A stretch of 64,000 bases of DNA from Gekko japonicus. Taxonomy: Eukaryota. The stretch is taken from positions 781,441 to 845,440 of the forward strand of contig NW_015169179.1 of the NCBI RefSeq assembly GCF_001447785.1, given 5' to 3'. The notes beneath the pieces are model-generated. The model saw only the letters and a program-made list of their open reading frames with translations, was not told the origin of the DNA and did no database searches. Each line of letters opens with the position of its first letter. The stretch's first letter is position 1. A program made the translations under genes and the position numbers. Below are positions 44,429 through 57,090 of the stretch, one piece after another.

Positions 44429-46090
44429 CTAGAAAGAAGAACAATGAAAAACAAGATCAACAATCAGGGGATGGATTAAAATAAAATTTCCTTGGAGTTG
44501 ACTTTTTAGGTGACAGAAAACTGTTGTGTCCTAGGGCTGTTCTCTTATATGCCTTCTACTGATAATTAAAGAGCTGTCAGACCACAGGAAATTTCAGGGA
44601 CACGCCCCACAACAAAGGTCTGATACTTATTTTAGAATGATATTTTTTAAAATAAAAAAATGCATTCCCCTTCCTGGACTTTGAAGTGAAGAAATGCCAC
44701 TGTCCCAAGTGCCAGTGCCTGCAGACAAAAAACTAGTTGCCAAAAAATAGTCAGGGAACTGCCTTTCCCCTTCAGTCATCTCCCTTCCCACTCTCTCTTC
44801 CCCTGCCACTGGCTTGCTGTATCTAAGGGCTAGAGAGCCATAGCCCAGGGGTCTGGGCAGGAAAGCAGAACAAGCCATGCCCTGTTCTCCTGCCGGAGAT
44901 GGGCCAAAGGAAGGAGGAACAGCTGAGAAAACTGCAGCAGCCACAGAGATTTAAACAAACAAGGTGCAGTTCATTTGGGTCACTCTCGCCTCAGAAGGCT
45001 GTAGAACTTAGCAGTCACTTTCTTGTTTTCAATAGGCAAAGGGTTCATTCTGAAGGTATCAGTAGGAGGAGAAGGTATTTTGCTCCCTCTTTGATCCAGG
45101 ATAGTTGCTGTGATGTACATGCAAACAGGTTTGCTGGAGCATGAGCCAAACTACCTCCCTCCTTCTGAAGGGAAACACACATTTTCATTGGTTTTTGCTC
45201 TGTCGAATATCATCCCATTCATGTAATGTTGATTCTAATCATACACTAAAGTGCAACAGTAATGACCTTCTAATCCCATGCCACAAAATAACCAAATACA
45301 TTAGCTTGACCTCAGGCACCTAACCAATAACCAAATACATTCGCTTGACCTCAGAATCCTAACATGTTGAGGGAGAAGCAGACAACAGACTGGCCATTCC
45401 CTTTCCCCCCTCCAATGGTCCTTGGGATAGGATAGGCATAATAGCTTCAGGTTCTGGAACAATACCAGGAGCCAAAGGCTAACTCAAATTCACAAGAGTC
45501 AGACACTGGTGGGTTTTTGCAAGAAATCAGCTGATCTTTCCTGTTTTATTGCATGTCTCGTAGCTTTACAACAGTTAAAGATTGCCAGCTTTCCAAAATC
45601 ATACCAGGGCCACTGGGAGAGGACTGCTAATAGGTAAAGGGCTCTAGACCTTGCTCAGAGTACAGCCCTCTTTAGACTGTATACTTCAGAATGCAGCAGG
45701 GGTGGGAAGGGTGTCTGAATGTTTGAATGTTCTCCTGAATTAGAAACTTCCTTCCAACTCGATGATTCTATGCATGCAGAAAATGATTGTAGCAGGGAAA
45801 TGGTTCTTCACTGGCCTGCTTGCTTTCAACACAGGAACATGTGGGAACACTCATCTGTATGTAGCCCCCTTAGGGCTGCCAGCTCTGAGTTAGGAAATCC
45901 ATGGAGATTTGGGGGTAGAGCCTGGAGAGGGCAAGATTTGGGGTGGAGAGGGCCCTCAGCAGGATAAAAAGCCATAGACCCAACCCTCCAAAGTAGTCAT
46001 TTTCTCCCGGGGAACTGATCTCTCTCGTCCACATATTACTTGTAATTCTGGGAGATCTCCAGGTACCACTGGAGACCCCTCACAGCAGGG

Positions 46091-46335
46091 TAGGGATGCC
46101 AGCCTCCAGGTGGGACCTGGGGATCCTCTGGAATTCCAGCTCATCTCCAGACTACAGAAATCAGTTCTGTTGAAAGAAATGGCTGCTTTGCAGGATGGAT
46201 TCTAGGGCATTATGCCCCACTGAGACCCCTGTCCTCTCCAGGAACTGCCCCCAAATCTCCAGGAGTTTCCCAACCTGGATCTGGCAACCTGACCCCTTCA
46301 CCCCCCACCAGTGGCCAGGGGGACCTGGCACCCTA
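46091..46335. mobile_element. hAT-type MITE (TAGGGTTGCC family)
   Basis: TAGGGATGCCAG / CTGGCACCCTA; 8-bp TSD CAGCAGGG; related partial copies near 45871-46080, 58600-58800 and 60123-60312. Confidence 0.8.
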
Positions 46336-47674
46336 CAGCAGGGGTTGGAGTGGGTTACCTTCTTATCCCTTCTTATCCCTTCCAACTCTACCATCAAACA
46401 CAGCCTGATTTGTCGCTAGTTTAGATTTGCTGTTATAGCATCATACACACAGCTGGTTTGGTTAATATTTAGTAATTTAAGAATATATTTGTAGTGTGGG
46501 TAGCTTGTTCTTTTGGTCAAACAACAAAGACAGGCTCCAAGGCTGGCAACAGCATTTCTTAGAGAAAGGAGTAAATGGGTCCCTAAGGTAAACTGCAAGC
46601 CCTGTAGGGTTTGTGTAAGACGTAATGCTAGGCCTTGTGAATTGCATTCTCTCTACCATGGCATTCTTTTTCAAAGCAGACATGATGTTAGTAAGTGAGC
46701 CTCATGTCTGATACACCATCAGTGCCCTGCTTGCTACCAAAGGGAGCATTTCACAAGGAAGCCCAGTTCAGCTTAGTTCCTTGCCCCCCAGGAAGCCCCT
46801 CTGACTCAGTGACTCTGCGTGTTCCATGCACACACAAAGATCACTCACTTCTCTGGAATTAGCAGAAACCACAAACCTTCTGAACTGTGGCCTGAACAGA
46901 AAGCAGCAGGGAAATTCTGCTGGGGAAAGAAGCCTAGCCCTTGTTTGTGGATGGAATGCGGTCTGAGATGCAGGTGTGACATTGGGGTGGGGGAAGGGTT
47001 GTTTCACCCTGGTGAGCAAACTGAGAGCTCAAATAATGCTTTGTGTGTGCCCACAACTGGCTGGTCATGGGCTTGGAATCTCAGCAGAGCCTGAGAATCA
47101 CAGCATCATTGTGCAGCCGAGCACAGCAAAGTGAAGGTAGGGTCCAGTGCCTCTGCTGATGTAAAGCAGATTAAGGGCAGATTAACCTAGGCATCATAGC
47201 CGGGGGTGGGGGTGGGGGTGCACTGAGCTTGTAGGTGTTCTGCTTTGGAAGACCACAGCTGAAGAGGAGCAGCTATTGTCCAACAGAAGCATACATAATG
47301 AGGGACAGTTCCAACATTACATTTCTGTTCTAGTGTCAAGGACAGTCTGTGACCATTTAATATATATGCAATGCAAGAGGTACTAAGGGCCAAACCAGAT
47401 GTGAACAAGGACAGCCTTGTTTTTTGTTCTGCTGCATTTACATATAAAGTGTGTGTGTGTGGGGGGGCTAATATCACCACCTAGAGGCATGTGCAGGTGA
47501 GAGAAGAGGACCCTTCCCCCAATCTCCCCATTCTCTGCTGCTCCAAGCATCTTTTCCCCAGCCTGGCTCCAGCAAAATGTCTTCGTTTTGTTCTTTGCTC
47601 AGAGACATTAGGTTGTGGAACAGCTTGATACAGTTTTGATGAATCACAGAAAGGTAGAATCAAAGGCTACCGAC

Positions 47675-47880
47675 CAATGCTCCCTGTAAGCTGTGGTGTC
47701 TTGAGAGCAAAAATTCTATTATGGTGAGCTACTGGAATTTAAATTATGATTGAGCAATTTGGCTACTGCAAAAATTAGTTTGCTTTGAACCATCCTTCCT
47801 GAGCTAATACAAAAATCTGTGAGCTGGAGAGTAAGAAACTGTGAGCCGGCTCACACTAACTCAGCTTAGAGGGAACACTG
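47675..47880. mobile_element. 206-bp hAT-type MITE (same family as 21765)
   Basis: Same TIRs and interior; TSD CTACCGAC/CTACCAAC. Confidence 0.85.
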
Positions 47881-48109
47881 CTACCAACGCTAACTAATTC
47901 TGAGATTTGGGGGGGGGGGGGAATGCCTAAAGTGTTCTCACATTGTACTGCTTCTGCAAAGTCACCCTTTCCTATTTCTAACTTTTCTTCGCTTTGAATA
48001 GACAAATATATGAAAAGACGAACTAATTGCTTGTCTGCAATCTGCCATACCTGCAGTGTTGTCTGGCATCCTTACAGAAATCTACACTGCAGATCTTAGA
48101 GTTGATTTT

Positions 48110-48260
48110 AAGAAGAATAAAGACAATAATGCTAGGAAAAGTTGAAGACAGCAGGAAAAAAAGGAAGACCCACATGAGATGGATTGACTCAATCAAGGAA
48201 GCTATGGCCCTCAGTTTGCAAGACCTGAGGAAGTCTGTGAACGATAAGTCGGAAGTGACG
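48110..48260 (+). pseudogene. RTE LINE 3' fragment
   Basis: KTIMLGKVEDSRKKRKTHMRWIDSIKEA resembles the RTE ORF C-terminus (compare BovB KTLMLEKIEGQRRRGRQRMKWLDSV). Confidence 0.7.
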
Positions 48261-49883
48261 GAACTTAACACACGTGCATGGGGGGACATTTTGCCAAAAT
48301 AATTATGGAATAGGCATGACCCAATGTCACCTCTGGCAATGTATGTGAATATTACTTTAGAACAACATATTTTAACCCAATCCAATATTTGGAAATCCTA
48401 CAATTGGAACTTAATCAAACAGCCATTGAACTCATCTTGTTTTTCAAGTTTATATTAGGATAGAATTCATGGTAGGTATAAGGGTGGAGGGTGAACAATG
48501 GGCAGTAATGGAGCTGAAGGAATTAGATCCATTTAGAAGGAAAGCAAAGTTTTTGAGTCCTCATTATTTCATATAACAATAATCTGTTTAAATGACCCCA
48601 CAACGCCCTAATGCCGCCTGATTTCTTCACTCAAACACAATTACTACCCATATAAGCTATGCATCTCCACATTTTGTAATTTAAGAGCCAAAGCAAATGT
48701 GAAAGCAACATTTCTAGTTGATATGGCTGGCTGTTGTTCCAAGACCCTAATTAGGCTCTGTCGTTATGAGACCCTAATATGGCAATGGCTTACACAGTTG
48801 ATAAACAACTCGTGTACATGCTCTCCTACATGAAACAGGTCTGCTTTGCTCCCTTGTACAGTAAGAAGATTAGGTAAATGGAGAGATAGGGACAACAGCT
48901 AGAACACAAGTGGATTCAGATGTCAGATGAATCAAAATGAGCATGGGATAGAGGCCATTTAAGGGCCTAGTCCACACTGGTGTTTGCAATGAAGAAATCT
49001 TGCTTCCTCATCATAGTTGCATTCACAGAGGATTTTATCCAGCCAGTGAGGGGCTTATTCACAGCCCAAAGTATTCTGAAAGAATCCTTATTGCTCCATT
49101 GTGTCTTGTATGCAAAGTACTTTGAAGACAAAATTGCTTGCATACACTTGGACTTGGATGCCATATTGCATGTAGTTCAGTTTTTGATTGTTCCCCCAGC
49201 TCTGTTTCATTACCACTGCTTGGATGAGTTCCAAGGTTTGTAGCTCAAGAATGTAGATAGAGTGCTTAGAATATTGTGGCTTACCACCTCCCAGATTGAT
49301 CCTTGCTTATCATGGCTAACAACTTCTGTCATAAAAGCATAAGAAGAGCCCTGCTGGATTAGACCAGTGGTCCATCTACTACACCATCCTTTTCTACACT
49401 GTGGCAAATCAGTTGCTCTGGACAGCCAACAAACAGGACAACCCCTGATGATGTCTCCTAACACTCGTATTCAGAAGCTTACTGCCTCTGAAAGTAGAAC
49501 TTCTCTTTAGTCTCCATGGTTAACAGCCACTGATGGACCTGTCCTCCACAAATCTGTCAAAATCCCTTGTCTGGGAAGGGGTCTGACTGAATGGGTCTAG
49601 GATGCAGTGAATACTCATTTATAAGCACAGGTGATTCTTCCTTCTCCAAAAGGGGGGAAGCCCCTTTCCTTGTAGCAGATCTACCAGTGTCCAGTATTTC
49701 TTTTGGGGCAAAGTACTCAAGTATGTAGCGGCAGTCTAGTTCCAGATGCTCCAGGGTGATGCCAGCTATCTGGATTCATTCCATTCTAGCTTCCAACCTA
49801 TGTTTGAATGCAAAACTGGCTTGATGGCCCTGGTAGGTGCCCTGGTACATGAGAGACATATTCTGTCAAATACCTTGATCTCT

Positions 49884-50129
49884 GAGACCCAGTTTGGTAT
49901 AGTGGTTAAGAGTGGCGGACTCTAATCTGGAGAGCCAGGTTTGATCCCCCACTCCTCCACATGAAGCCATCTGGGTGCCTTTGGGTCATACAGTTCTCTC
50001 AGAGCTCTCTCAGCCCCACCTACCTCTGTTGTGTCTGTTGTGGGGAGAGGAAGGGAAGGTGATTGTAAGCCATCCTGAGACTCCTTTGGGTAGTAAAGGG
50101 TGGGGTATAAAAATAACTCTTCTTCTTCT
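49884..50129 (+). mobile_element. tRNA-derived SINE (Squam3-like)
   Basis: A box TGGTATAGTGGTTAAG; B box GGTTTGATCCCC; (TCT)n tail. Confidence 0.8.
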
Positions 50130-50299
50130 CTTGAGGGTTTGATACTATCAAGAATTATATTTTTTGCACTACCTGTTTAAGCATTGAATCAGAGGCATCA
50201 CAATGTGATGGTTCTATTGCTTCCTGGCAAGAAAGTTTCCATAATGTTGTGCTGGGAAAATTACTGCTTCCATGGCAGTGATCTCAGAGGGTTCCACAA

Positions 50300-51270
50300 A
50301 GTTCTATCTTTGGGAAACTGATGTGAAGCATCATCAATATGTTGATTATAGCTAGTTGTATTTCTCAATTTCATTTAATCCATGTGAAGTGGTTGACTTT
50401 CAGAGCAGGTGTCTTTGGGTCTGCAGTGGACTAATCGAGAGCTAAGAAACTAAAACTCAGTCCAGACAATACCGAGATGTTGATGGTGGGTAATTCAACT
50501 GATCTTGGCATTTATAGTTTGGCCTGTTTTACACTCCCACAAATTGGAATTGCTCCTGGGTCCAACTCTACTCCAAATGCTCAAGTGGCATTCAGAACTA
50601 CCTTTCATCAGCTTTGGTTTGTGAGCCAGCTTTGCACCTGCCACTATTCATGTATGCCTCAGCAATTTCCAGACTGGACGGCTATGTGCTCATGTGGGGC
50701 TGCTTTTGAAAAGTATCCAGAAGTTACAGCTGGTCCAGAATGTGGCAGCGTGGTCATTAAATGGGACAGCATGCTGAATACATTACAGAAATGTACTGGC
50801 TTTCAGGCACAGTTCAAATTGCTGGTGCTGAACTTTAAAGAGCACAACAGTCTATGGCCAGGATACCTGAAGGATTCCTTGCTCCCTGTCTTGGTTTGTG
50901 AACTGAAATTATCAAGAGTAGGACACCCAGAACAGACAAGGACTCTGTCAGAAGTGAGATGAGATGGGTTGTGACCAGGGACAAAGTATCTTCTGCAGAT
51001 GTGCCTAAGTGTCAGAATATCCTGCCAGAGGATTGTGCTTGGCCCCTCCGTCTCTTTCTTTAAAAAGCAAGTAAAAGTATGCCTTTTCTGTTCAAATACA
51101 CCATTGAAAAAGAAGGGAAATTACATGATTTTATGAGGGTGTTTGCTGCTATGTATTTTTAGTTGATATTAATTTTCTATTTCATGGATTTGTATTGTTT
51201 TACACTTATTTTGTTAACTGCTGGGTAGGATTTTTTTAAAAAGTGGAAACTATATAACTAAATAAGTATG
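50300..51270 (+). pseudogene. Highly decayed L2-like LINE 3' part
   Basis: LSPDNTEML and AQFKLLVLNFK..LWPGYLKDSL remnants; AT-rich 3' tail. Confidence 0.55.
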
Positions 51271-53644
51271 CAGAACACTCTTCATTTAGGACACCTCTGT
51301 CCTACAATACTCTCCCAAGAACATCTGTCCTCCCTTCCCACATAGGTCAATTTTCTCCTTCTGTGCATTTGCTTGGCTGCTGGCATCTCTGCATAGGAGC
51401 CAGGGGTTCAAAAGAATGCATGATACAACAGACACAAAGCCATCACAACAGCAGAAGCCTAGAATTACCCATTAGCCAGAGTTTTACATGTGGCTACAAG
51501 GGTGGTGGTTGTATTTGTAGGGTAGTGCACATAGTACACAAGATGCTATTGCATATGGCTCCACCTTTTAAAAACTTAATAGAAGACTGGCACCATTTTG
51601 CAGATTATATTTGGTGAAGCAGCACGCAAGCATTTTCATCTCTCAGGTGCTGTATGGATAAGCCATCCTGAAACAGAATCCAAACTTCTCCCACTCAGTC
51701 CAAATTACTGCCTGTCATCTTAACCTAGACTCCTTTCCAGGAAACACGGTGACTGTGGGGTCACATTACCCTCAATGGGTAGACTGAGGGGCAGGTACAA
51801 GGATACCATATTCACACAGGCTAGGAACCACTTACTCCATAGGGGCACTCTGCACATGCCAAAAGATGATCAACCTTAGGTGCCAGAATTTTTATAAACA
51901 AAACATAGAGTGTGAAAACAAAGGAATCAGGACTACCTCCAAGTCCGTTGCATTTGCTGTGGGGAGGAGGGCCTCCATACTCTCTGGCACGGTGCTCAAG
52001 CTGCTGGGAATGACTGGACTCTGGAGTCCTTTTTATAATAATTATTATTATTGGGTGGGGACTTCCCTTAAAAAAAATTAAAGTTTTAAATGGCTGACCA
52101 GTCAACTGATCATTTTTTAAAAAAAGAAAGAGTGCCAGCCCTACATAGGTGAAATGTCCTACGTAAAAAGCAGGATCTCTGCACTGAGGAAACAGTCAAG
52201 AACAGAGCAGAGGGCAAAGTCGTACACTATGCCAAATGGCCTACATCTGAAATATTTGTCAGAAGGCTGAATAAACAAATTTGATTTATGTTGGGTTATT
52301 CTGAGGCAAGGTTATATGGAAAGCACACATACAGCAAGCAATCTATTCACACAATGTTCTGAGCCCAGAGTATCTGCAGTCTGTGCTGACTGAAGACCAC
52401 AGTTTTCACAAGTTCAAAAGGTTAAATGAACAGGCCCTGGATTCAGATAACTACTGTTCTGACTGGATAACAGAGGTTCTACTCTATATACTTCCAAAAC
52501 TATGCAAAAACTGGGACTGCAAAATTACCTCAGAGTTAGAAAGCTCACGCTGCTTGTGTCTCCTCCTGACATTTTTGAGAATCCTATCCAAATGAATCTA
52601 TATTTATTCTTTCCGACAATGCCCATAAAGTAAAAGAAGTTTTTCACATGTTACAGTACATAGTTGCCCCCAGCTTGATTTTTAAAAAACAAAACAAAAC
52701 TGTATTCCGGACAACAAGGCTACAGCTTACCCGAACATATTGCTGAAGAATTTGGTATAGGAACCCCTCAGGTCAGCATTTTGTATGAGGCAACCCCTTC
52801 TGTGTAAACACATGTTGAGTTATTGCCATGACTAAGGGGAATAAGATTACTGTTTCATAAATTCTTAGTAACCTTTTAATGTCCACATGGGAACATTCTT
52901 CCTATTATTAAAGCAATATGGGATGAAGCAAAGGCCAAGATTTTCAGAAAGAGCTGCCTAAAGCTAGTTGGGATTTTCAGAGCAGCCTAGGTTATTTAGA
53001 TGCCAGGAGCACATCCAGAGAACAAACAGAAGGTCACAACCAACAGCCACTGCAAATCTAATCACATTTACATGAAAGTAAGCACCAATTGTTTCAACAA
53101 TACTTATTTCCGGGGAAATATAGGGACTAATCAGACTGGCTCCTTTTTCTGCAATAGCCATCGTTCATGTACTCTTTTTTTAACTGAGGGAATTCAGATG
53201 CCACTATTAAGACAGAAAGCAATAGTTGCTTTGCACATTACAAGTACAGAAATGTCCTTGTAAGCCTAGTTTCCCTGTCTAAAATGTGAAAGATTTCATA
53301 TTCCTTTGTCAACAAAGGGACACCACATTACATTACCCACGGATTCTCAGAATTTTCACATATTTCTCATCAGCAAAAATGTACAAAAAAAGAGAACTGT
53401 AGAGAGCACCCCCGTTAAGTAAAATCATAATGCCAAAGTGACACCAAGTCTTCACAGCTCTCACCTCCATCCTTCACTGGTACCTCTAATTCTGAGCAAT
53501 CCTGGGTGTTAATCTTGATCTTAGACTACAAGCACAGACTGCCTCCTTTCTCAATCAGACCATTGGCCTTTCCTAGGATACTTGGTACTAGGTGCATCCT
53601 CTTCATTGTTTTTCATTTGGCTAGTGTAGACCTTTCTTCGCCCT

Positions 53645-56600
53645 CATGGATCACTGCCTTGTCGTGGCGAGGGTGCTTGAGCAGTTCAATGAAGCTGTGG
53701 GCTATGCCGTGAAGGGCCACCCAAGACGGACAGGCCACAGCAGAGAACTCAGACCAAGTGTGATCCACTGGAGAAGGAAATGGCAACCCACTCCAGTATC
53801 TTTGCCAAGAAAACCCCATGGACAATAACAAAAGGCTAAAAGATATGACGCCGGAAGATGAGCCCCTCAGGTTGGAAGGTGTCCAATATGCTACTGAGGA
53901 AGAGCAGAGGGCAAGTACAAGTAACCCCAGAAAGAGTGAAGCGGCTGGGCCAAAGCCGAAAGGACGCTCAGTTGTGGATGTGTCTGATGGTGAAAGGAAA
54001 GTCCGATGCTGCAAAGAACAATACTGCATAGGAACATGGAATGTAAGATCTATGAATCAAGGTAAGCTTGACGTGGTCAAAAATGAGATGGCAAGACTGA
54101 ACATCGATATCTTAGGAATCAGTGAACTAAAGTGGACAGGAATGGGCGAATTTAACTCAGAAGACCATTATATCTACTACTGTGGCCAGGAATCTCATAG
54201 AAAAAATGGTGTGGCCTTTATAGTCAACAAGAGAGTGCAAAAGTCAGTACTGGGATACAATCTCAAAAATGACAGAATGATTTCTGTCCGATTCCAAGGC
54301 AAACCATTCAACATCACAGTAATCCAAGTCTATGCCCCAACCACTGATGCAGAAGAGGCTGAAGTGGACCGGTTCTATGAAGACCTACAACACCTCCTAG
54401 AACTAACACCAAAAAATGATGTCCTCATCATCATAGGGGACTGGAATGCTAAAGTAGGAAGTCAAAAGGTAACCGGAATAACAGACAAGTTTGGCCTTGG
54501 AAAGCAAAATGAAGCAGGGCAAAGGTTAACAGAGTTTTGTCAAGAGAACACACTGGTCATAGCGAACACCCTTTTCCAACAACCTAAGAGGCGACTCTAC
54601 ACATGGACATCACCAGATGGGCAACACCGAAATCAGATTGACTATATAATTTGCAGTCAAAGATGGAGAAGCTCTATCCAGTCAGTAAAAACAAGACCTG
54701 GAGCTGACTGTGGTTCAGATCATGAGCTACTCATTGCAAAATTCAGACTTAAACTGAAGAAAATTGGGAAAACCACGAGGCCATTCAGGTTTGACCTAGA
54801 TCGCATCCCTGATGAATATACAGTAGAGGTGAAGAATAGATTCAAGGGTCTGGATTTGATAGATAGAGTGCCTGAAGAACTATGGACAGAGGTTCGTGAC
54901 ATCGTACAGGAGGCAGCAATCACCACCATACCAAAGAAAAAGAAATGCAAGAAAGCAAAATGGCTTTCTGATGAGGCTTTACAAATAGCAGAGGAAAGAA
55001 GGAAAGCGAAAGGCAAAGGCGAAAAGGAAAGATTTACCCAACTGAACGCAGATTTCCAGAGAACAGCAAGGAGAGATAAGGAGGCCTTCCTGAATGAACA
55101 GTGCAAAGTAATAGAAGAAAACAATAGAATGGGAAGGACTAGAGATCTCTTCAAGAAAATTGGAGAAATCAAGGGAGCGTTCCATGCAAAGCTGGCCATG
55201 ATAAAGGACAAAAACGGTAGGGACCTAACAGAAGCAGAAGAGATTAGGAAAAGATGGCAAGAATACACAGAAGAACTATACAAGAAAGACCTCAATGTCC
55301 TTGACAAACACGACGGTATAATCACTGACCTTGAGCCAGACATCCTGGAATGTGAAGTTAAATGGGCCTTAGAAAGCATTGCTAACAACAAAGCTAGTGG
55401 AGGTGATGGTATTCCAGCTGAGCTATTCAAAGTCTTAGAAGATGATGCTGTTAAAGTGCTGCACTCCATTTGCCAGCAAATTTGGAAAACGCAACAGTGG
55501 CCACAGGATTGGAAAAGATCAGTATACATTCCAATCCCAAAGAAGGGCAATGCCAAGGAATGTTCAAACTATCGCACAATTGCACTCATATCACACGCTA
55601 GCAAGGTCATGCTCAAGATCCTACAAGCTAGGCTTCAACAGTACGTGGATAGAGAACTACCAGAAGTACAAGCTGGGTTTCGAAGAGGTAGAGGAACGAG
55701 AGATCATATTGCCAACATTCGCTGGATTATGGAGAAAGCAAGAGAGTACCAGAAAAATATCTACTTCTGCTTCATTGACTATGCTAAAGCCTTTGACTGT
55801 GTGGATCACAACAAACTATGGCAGGTCCTTAAAGAGATGGGAGTACCAGACCACCTCACATGTCTCTTGAGAAACCTGTATAAGGGCCAAGAAGCGACAG
55901 TTAGAACCGGATACGGAACAACTGATTGGTTCAGCATAGGAAAAGGAGTACGACAAGGATGTATACTGTCACCTTGCTTATTTAATATATATGCAGAGTA
56001 CATCATGCGAAATGCTGGCCTGGATGAATCACAAGCGGGAATTAAGATTGCTGGGGAAAAGATCAACAACCTCAGATATGCAGATGATACCACTCTAATG
56101 GCTGAAAGTGAAAAGGATCTAAAGAGCCTCTTGCTCAGAGTAAAAGAGGAGAGCGCAAAAGTGGGCTTGAAGCTCAACATCAAAAAAACTAAGATCATGG
56201 CATCCGGCCCCATCACTCCTTGGCAAATAGAAGGGGAAGTCGTGGAAGTAGTGACAGACTTCACGTTCCTGGGATCCCAGATCACCGCAGACTGTGACTG
56301 CAGCCATGAAATTAAAAGACGCCTGCTCCTTGGGAGGAAAGCGATGGCGAACCTAAACAGCATGATAAAAAGTAGAGACATCACCCTGCCAACAAAAGCC
56401 CGCATGGTCAAAGCAATGGTATTCCCAGTAGTCATGTATGGCTGCGAGAGTTGGACTATAAGGAAGGCCGAGCGCCGAAGAATAGATTCTTTTGAACTAT
56501 GGTGCTGGAGAAGACTCTTGAGAGTCCCTTGGACTGCAAGAAGATCCAATCAGTCAATCCTAAAAGAAATCAACCCTGACTGTTCCCTGGAAGGCCAGAT

Positions 56601-56857
56601 AATGAAACTGAAGCTCAAATACTTTGGCCACCAAATGAGAAGGGAGCACTCACTGGAGAAGACCCTGATGCTGGAAAAGATTGAAGGTCAAAGAAGACGG
56701 GGACGGCAAAGGATGAAATGGTTAGACAGTGTCATCGATGCACCGAACATGAAATTGAGCCAACTTCAGAGGACGGCAGAAGACAGGAGGGCCTGGAGGG
56801 AGATGATCCATGGGGTCGCGAAGAGTCGGACTCGACTGTGCGACTGAACAACAACAA
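53645..56857 (+). mobile_element. Full-length RTE-BovB LINE (~3.2 kb), antisense to SNED1 in probable intron 1
   Basis: 5' end CATGGATCACTGCCTTGTCGTGG; contains GGAGAAGGAAATGGCAACCCACTCCAGT, a motif also known from Bov-A; (CAA)n tail; TSD AGACCTTTCTT[C/T]GCCCT at 53628-53644 and 56858-56874. Confidence 0.95.
53818..56847 (+). CDS. BovB ORF: APE endonuclease plus reverse transcriptase, 1009 aa, uninterrupted
   Basis: APE motifs GTWNVRS, GDWNAK, QIDYI and GSDH; RT motifs QAGFR, FIDYAKAFD, GVRQGCILSP and YADD. Confidence 0.96.
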   Translation: MDNNKRLKDMTPEDEPLRLEGVQYATEEEQRASTSNPRKSEAAGPKPKGRSVVDVSDGERKVRCCKEQYCIGTWNVRSMNQGKLDVVKNEMARLNIDILGISELKWTGMGEFNSEDHYIYYCGQESHRKNGVAFIVNKRVQKSVLGYNLKNDRMISVRFQGKPFNITVIQVYAPTTDAEEAEVDRFYEDLQHLLELTPKNDVLIIIGDWNAKVGSQKVTGITDKFGLGKQNEAGQRLTEFCQENTLVIANTLFQQPKRRLYTWTSPDGQHRNQIDYIICSQRWRSSIQSVKTRPGADCGSDHELLIAKFRLKLKKIGKTTRPFRFDLDRIPDEYTVEVKNRFKGLDLIDRVPEELWTEVRDIVQEAAITTIPKKKKCKKAKWLSDEALQIAEERRKAKGKGEKERFTQLNADFQRTARRDKEAFLNEQCKVIEENNRMGRTRDLFKKIGEIKGAFHAKLAMIKDKNGRDLTEAEEIRKRWQEYTEELYKKDLNVLDKHDGIITDLEPDILECEVKWALESIANNKASGGDGIPAELFKVLEDDAVKVLHSICQQIWKTQQWPQDWKRSVYIPIPKKGNAKECSNYRTIALISHASKVMLKILQARLQQYVDRELPEVQAGFRRGRGTRDHIANIRWIMEKAREYQKNIYFCFIDYAKAFDCVDHNKLWQVLKEMGVPDHLTCLLRNLYKGQEATVRTGYGTTDWFSIGKGVRQGCILSPCLFNIYAEYIMRNAGLDESQAGIKIAGEKINNLRYADDTTLMAESEKDLKSLLLRVKEESAKVGLKLNIKKTKIMASGPITPWQIEGEVVEVVTDFTFLGSQITADCDCSHEIKRRLLLGRKAMANLNSMIKSRDITLPTKARMVKAMVFPVVMYGCESWTIRKAERRRIDSFELWCWRRLLRVPWTARRSNQSILKEINPDCSLEGQIMKLKLKYFGHQMRREHSLEKTLMLEKIEGQRRRGRQRMKWLDSVIDAPNMKLSQLQRTAEDRRAWREMIHGVAKSRTRLCD

Positions 56858-56869
56858 AGACCTTTCTTT

Positions 56870-57090
56870 GCCCTGACCTGGACACCCCAGGCTAGCCCAA
56901 ACTCGTCAGATCTTGGAAGCTAAACAGGGTTGGCCCTGGTTAGTACTCGGATAGGAGACTACTAAAGAAGTCCAGGGTCACCATGCAGAGGCAGACAACT
57001 GCAAACCATCTATGAATTTCTCCTGCCTTGAAAAACCTACAGGGTCACCATAAATTGGCTATAACTTGATGGCACTTTCCACCACCACCA
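56870..57090 (+). mobile_element. 5S rRNA-derived SINE (5S-Sauria-like)
   Basis: Head ...CTCGTCAGATCTTGGAAGCTAAACAGGG...TGGTTAGTACTCGGATAGGAGAC resembles the 5S rRNA internal control region; (CCA)n tail; ACCTTTCTTT recurs after the tail. Confidence 0.85.

Noticed and set aside
45287-45354. 29-bp direct repeat pair (also an 18-bp pair near 17604-17640)
   Set aside because: Ordinary local slippage or micro-duplication with no further structure
54720-56549. Long antisense ORFs (278 aa and 247 aa) within BovB
   Set aside because: Shadow frames of the RT ORF, with Ser/Leu/Phe-rich composition from codon bias and no recognisable domain
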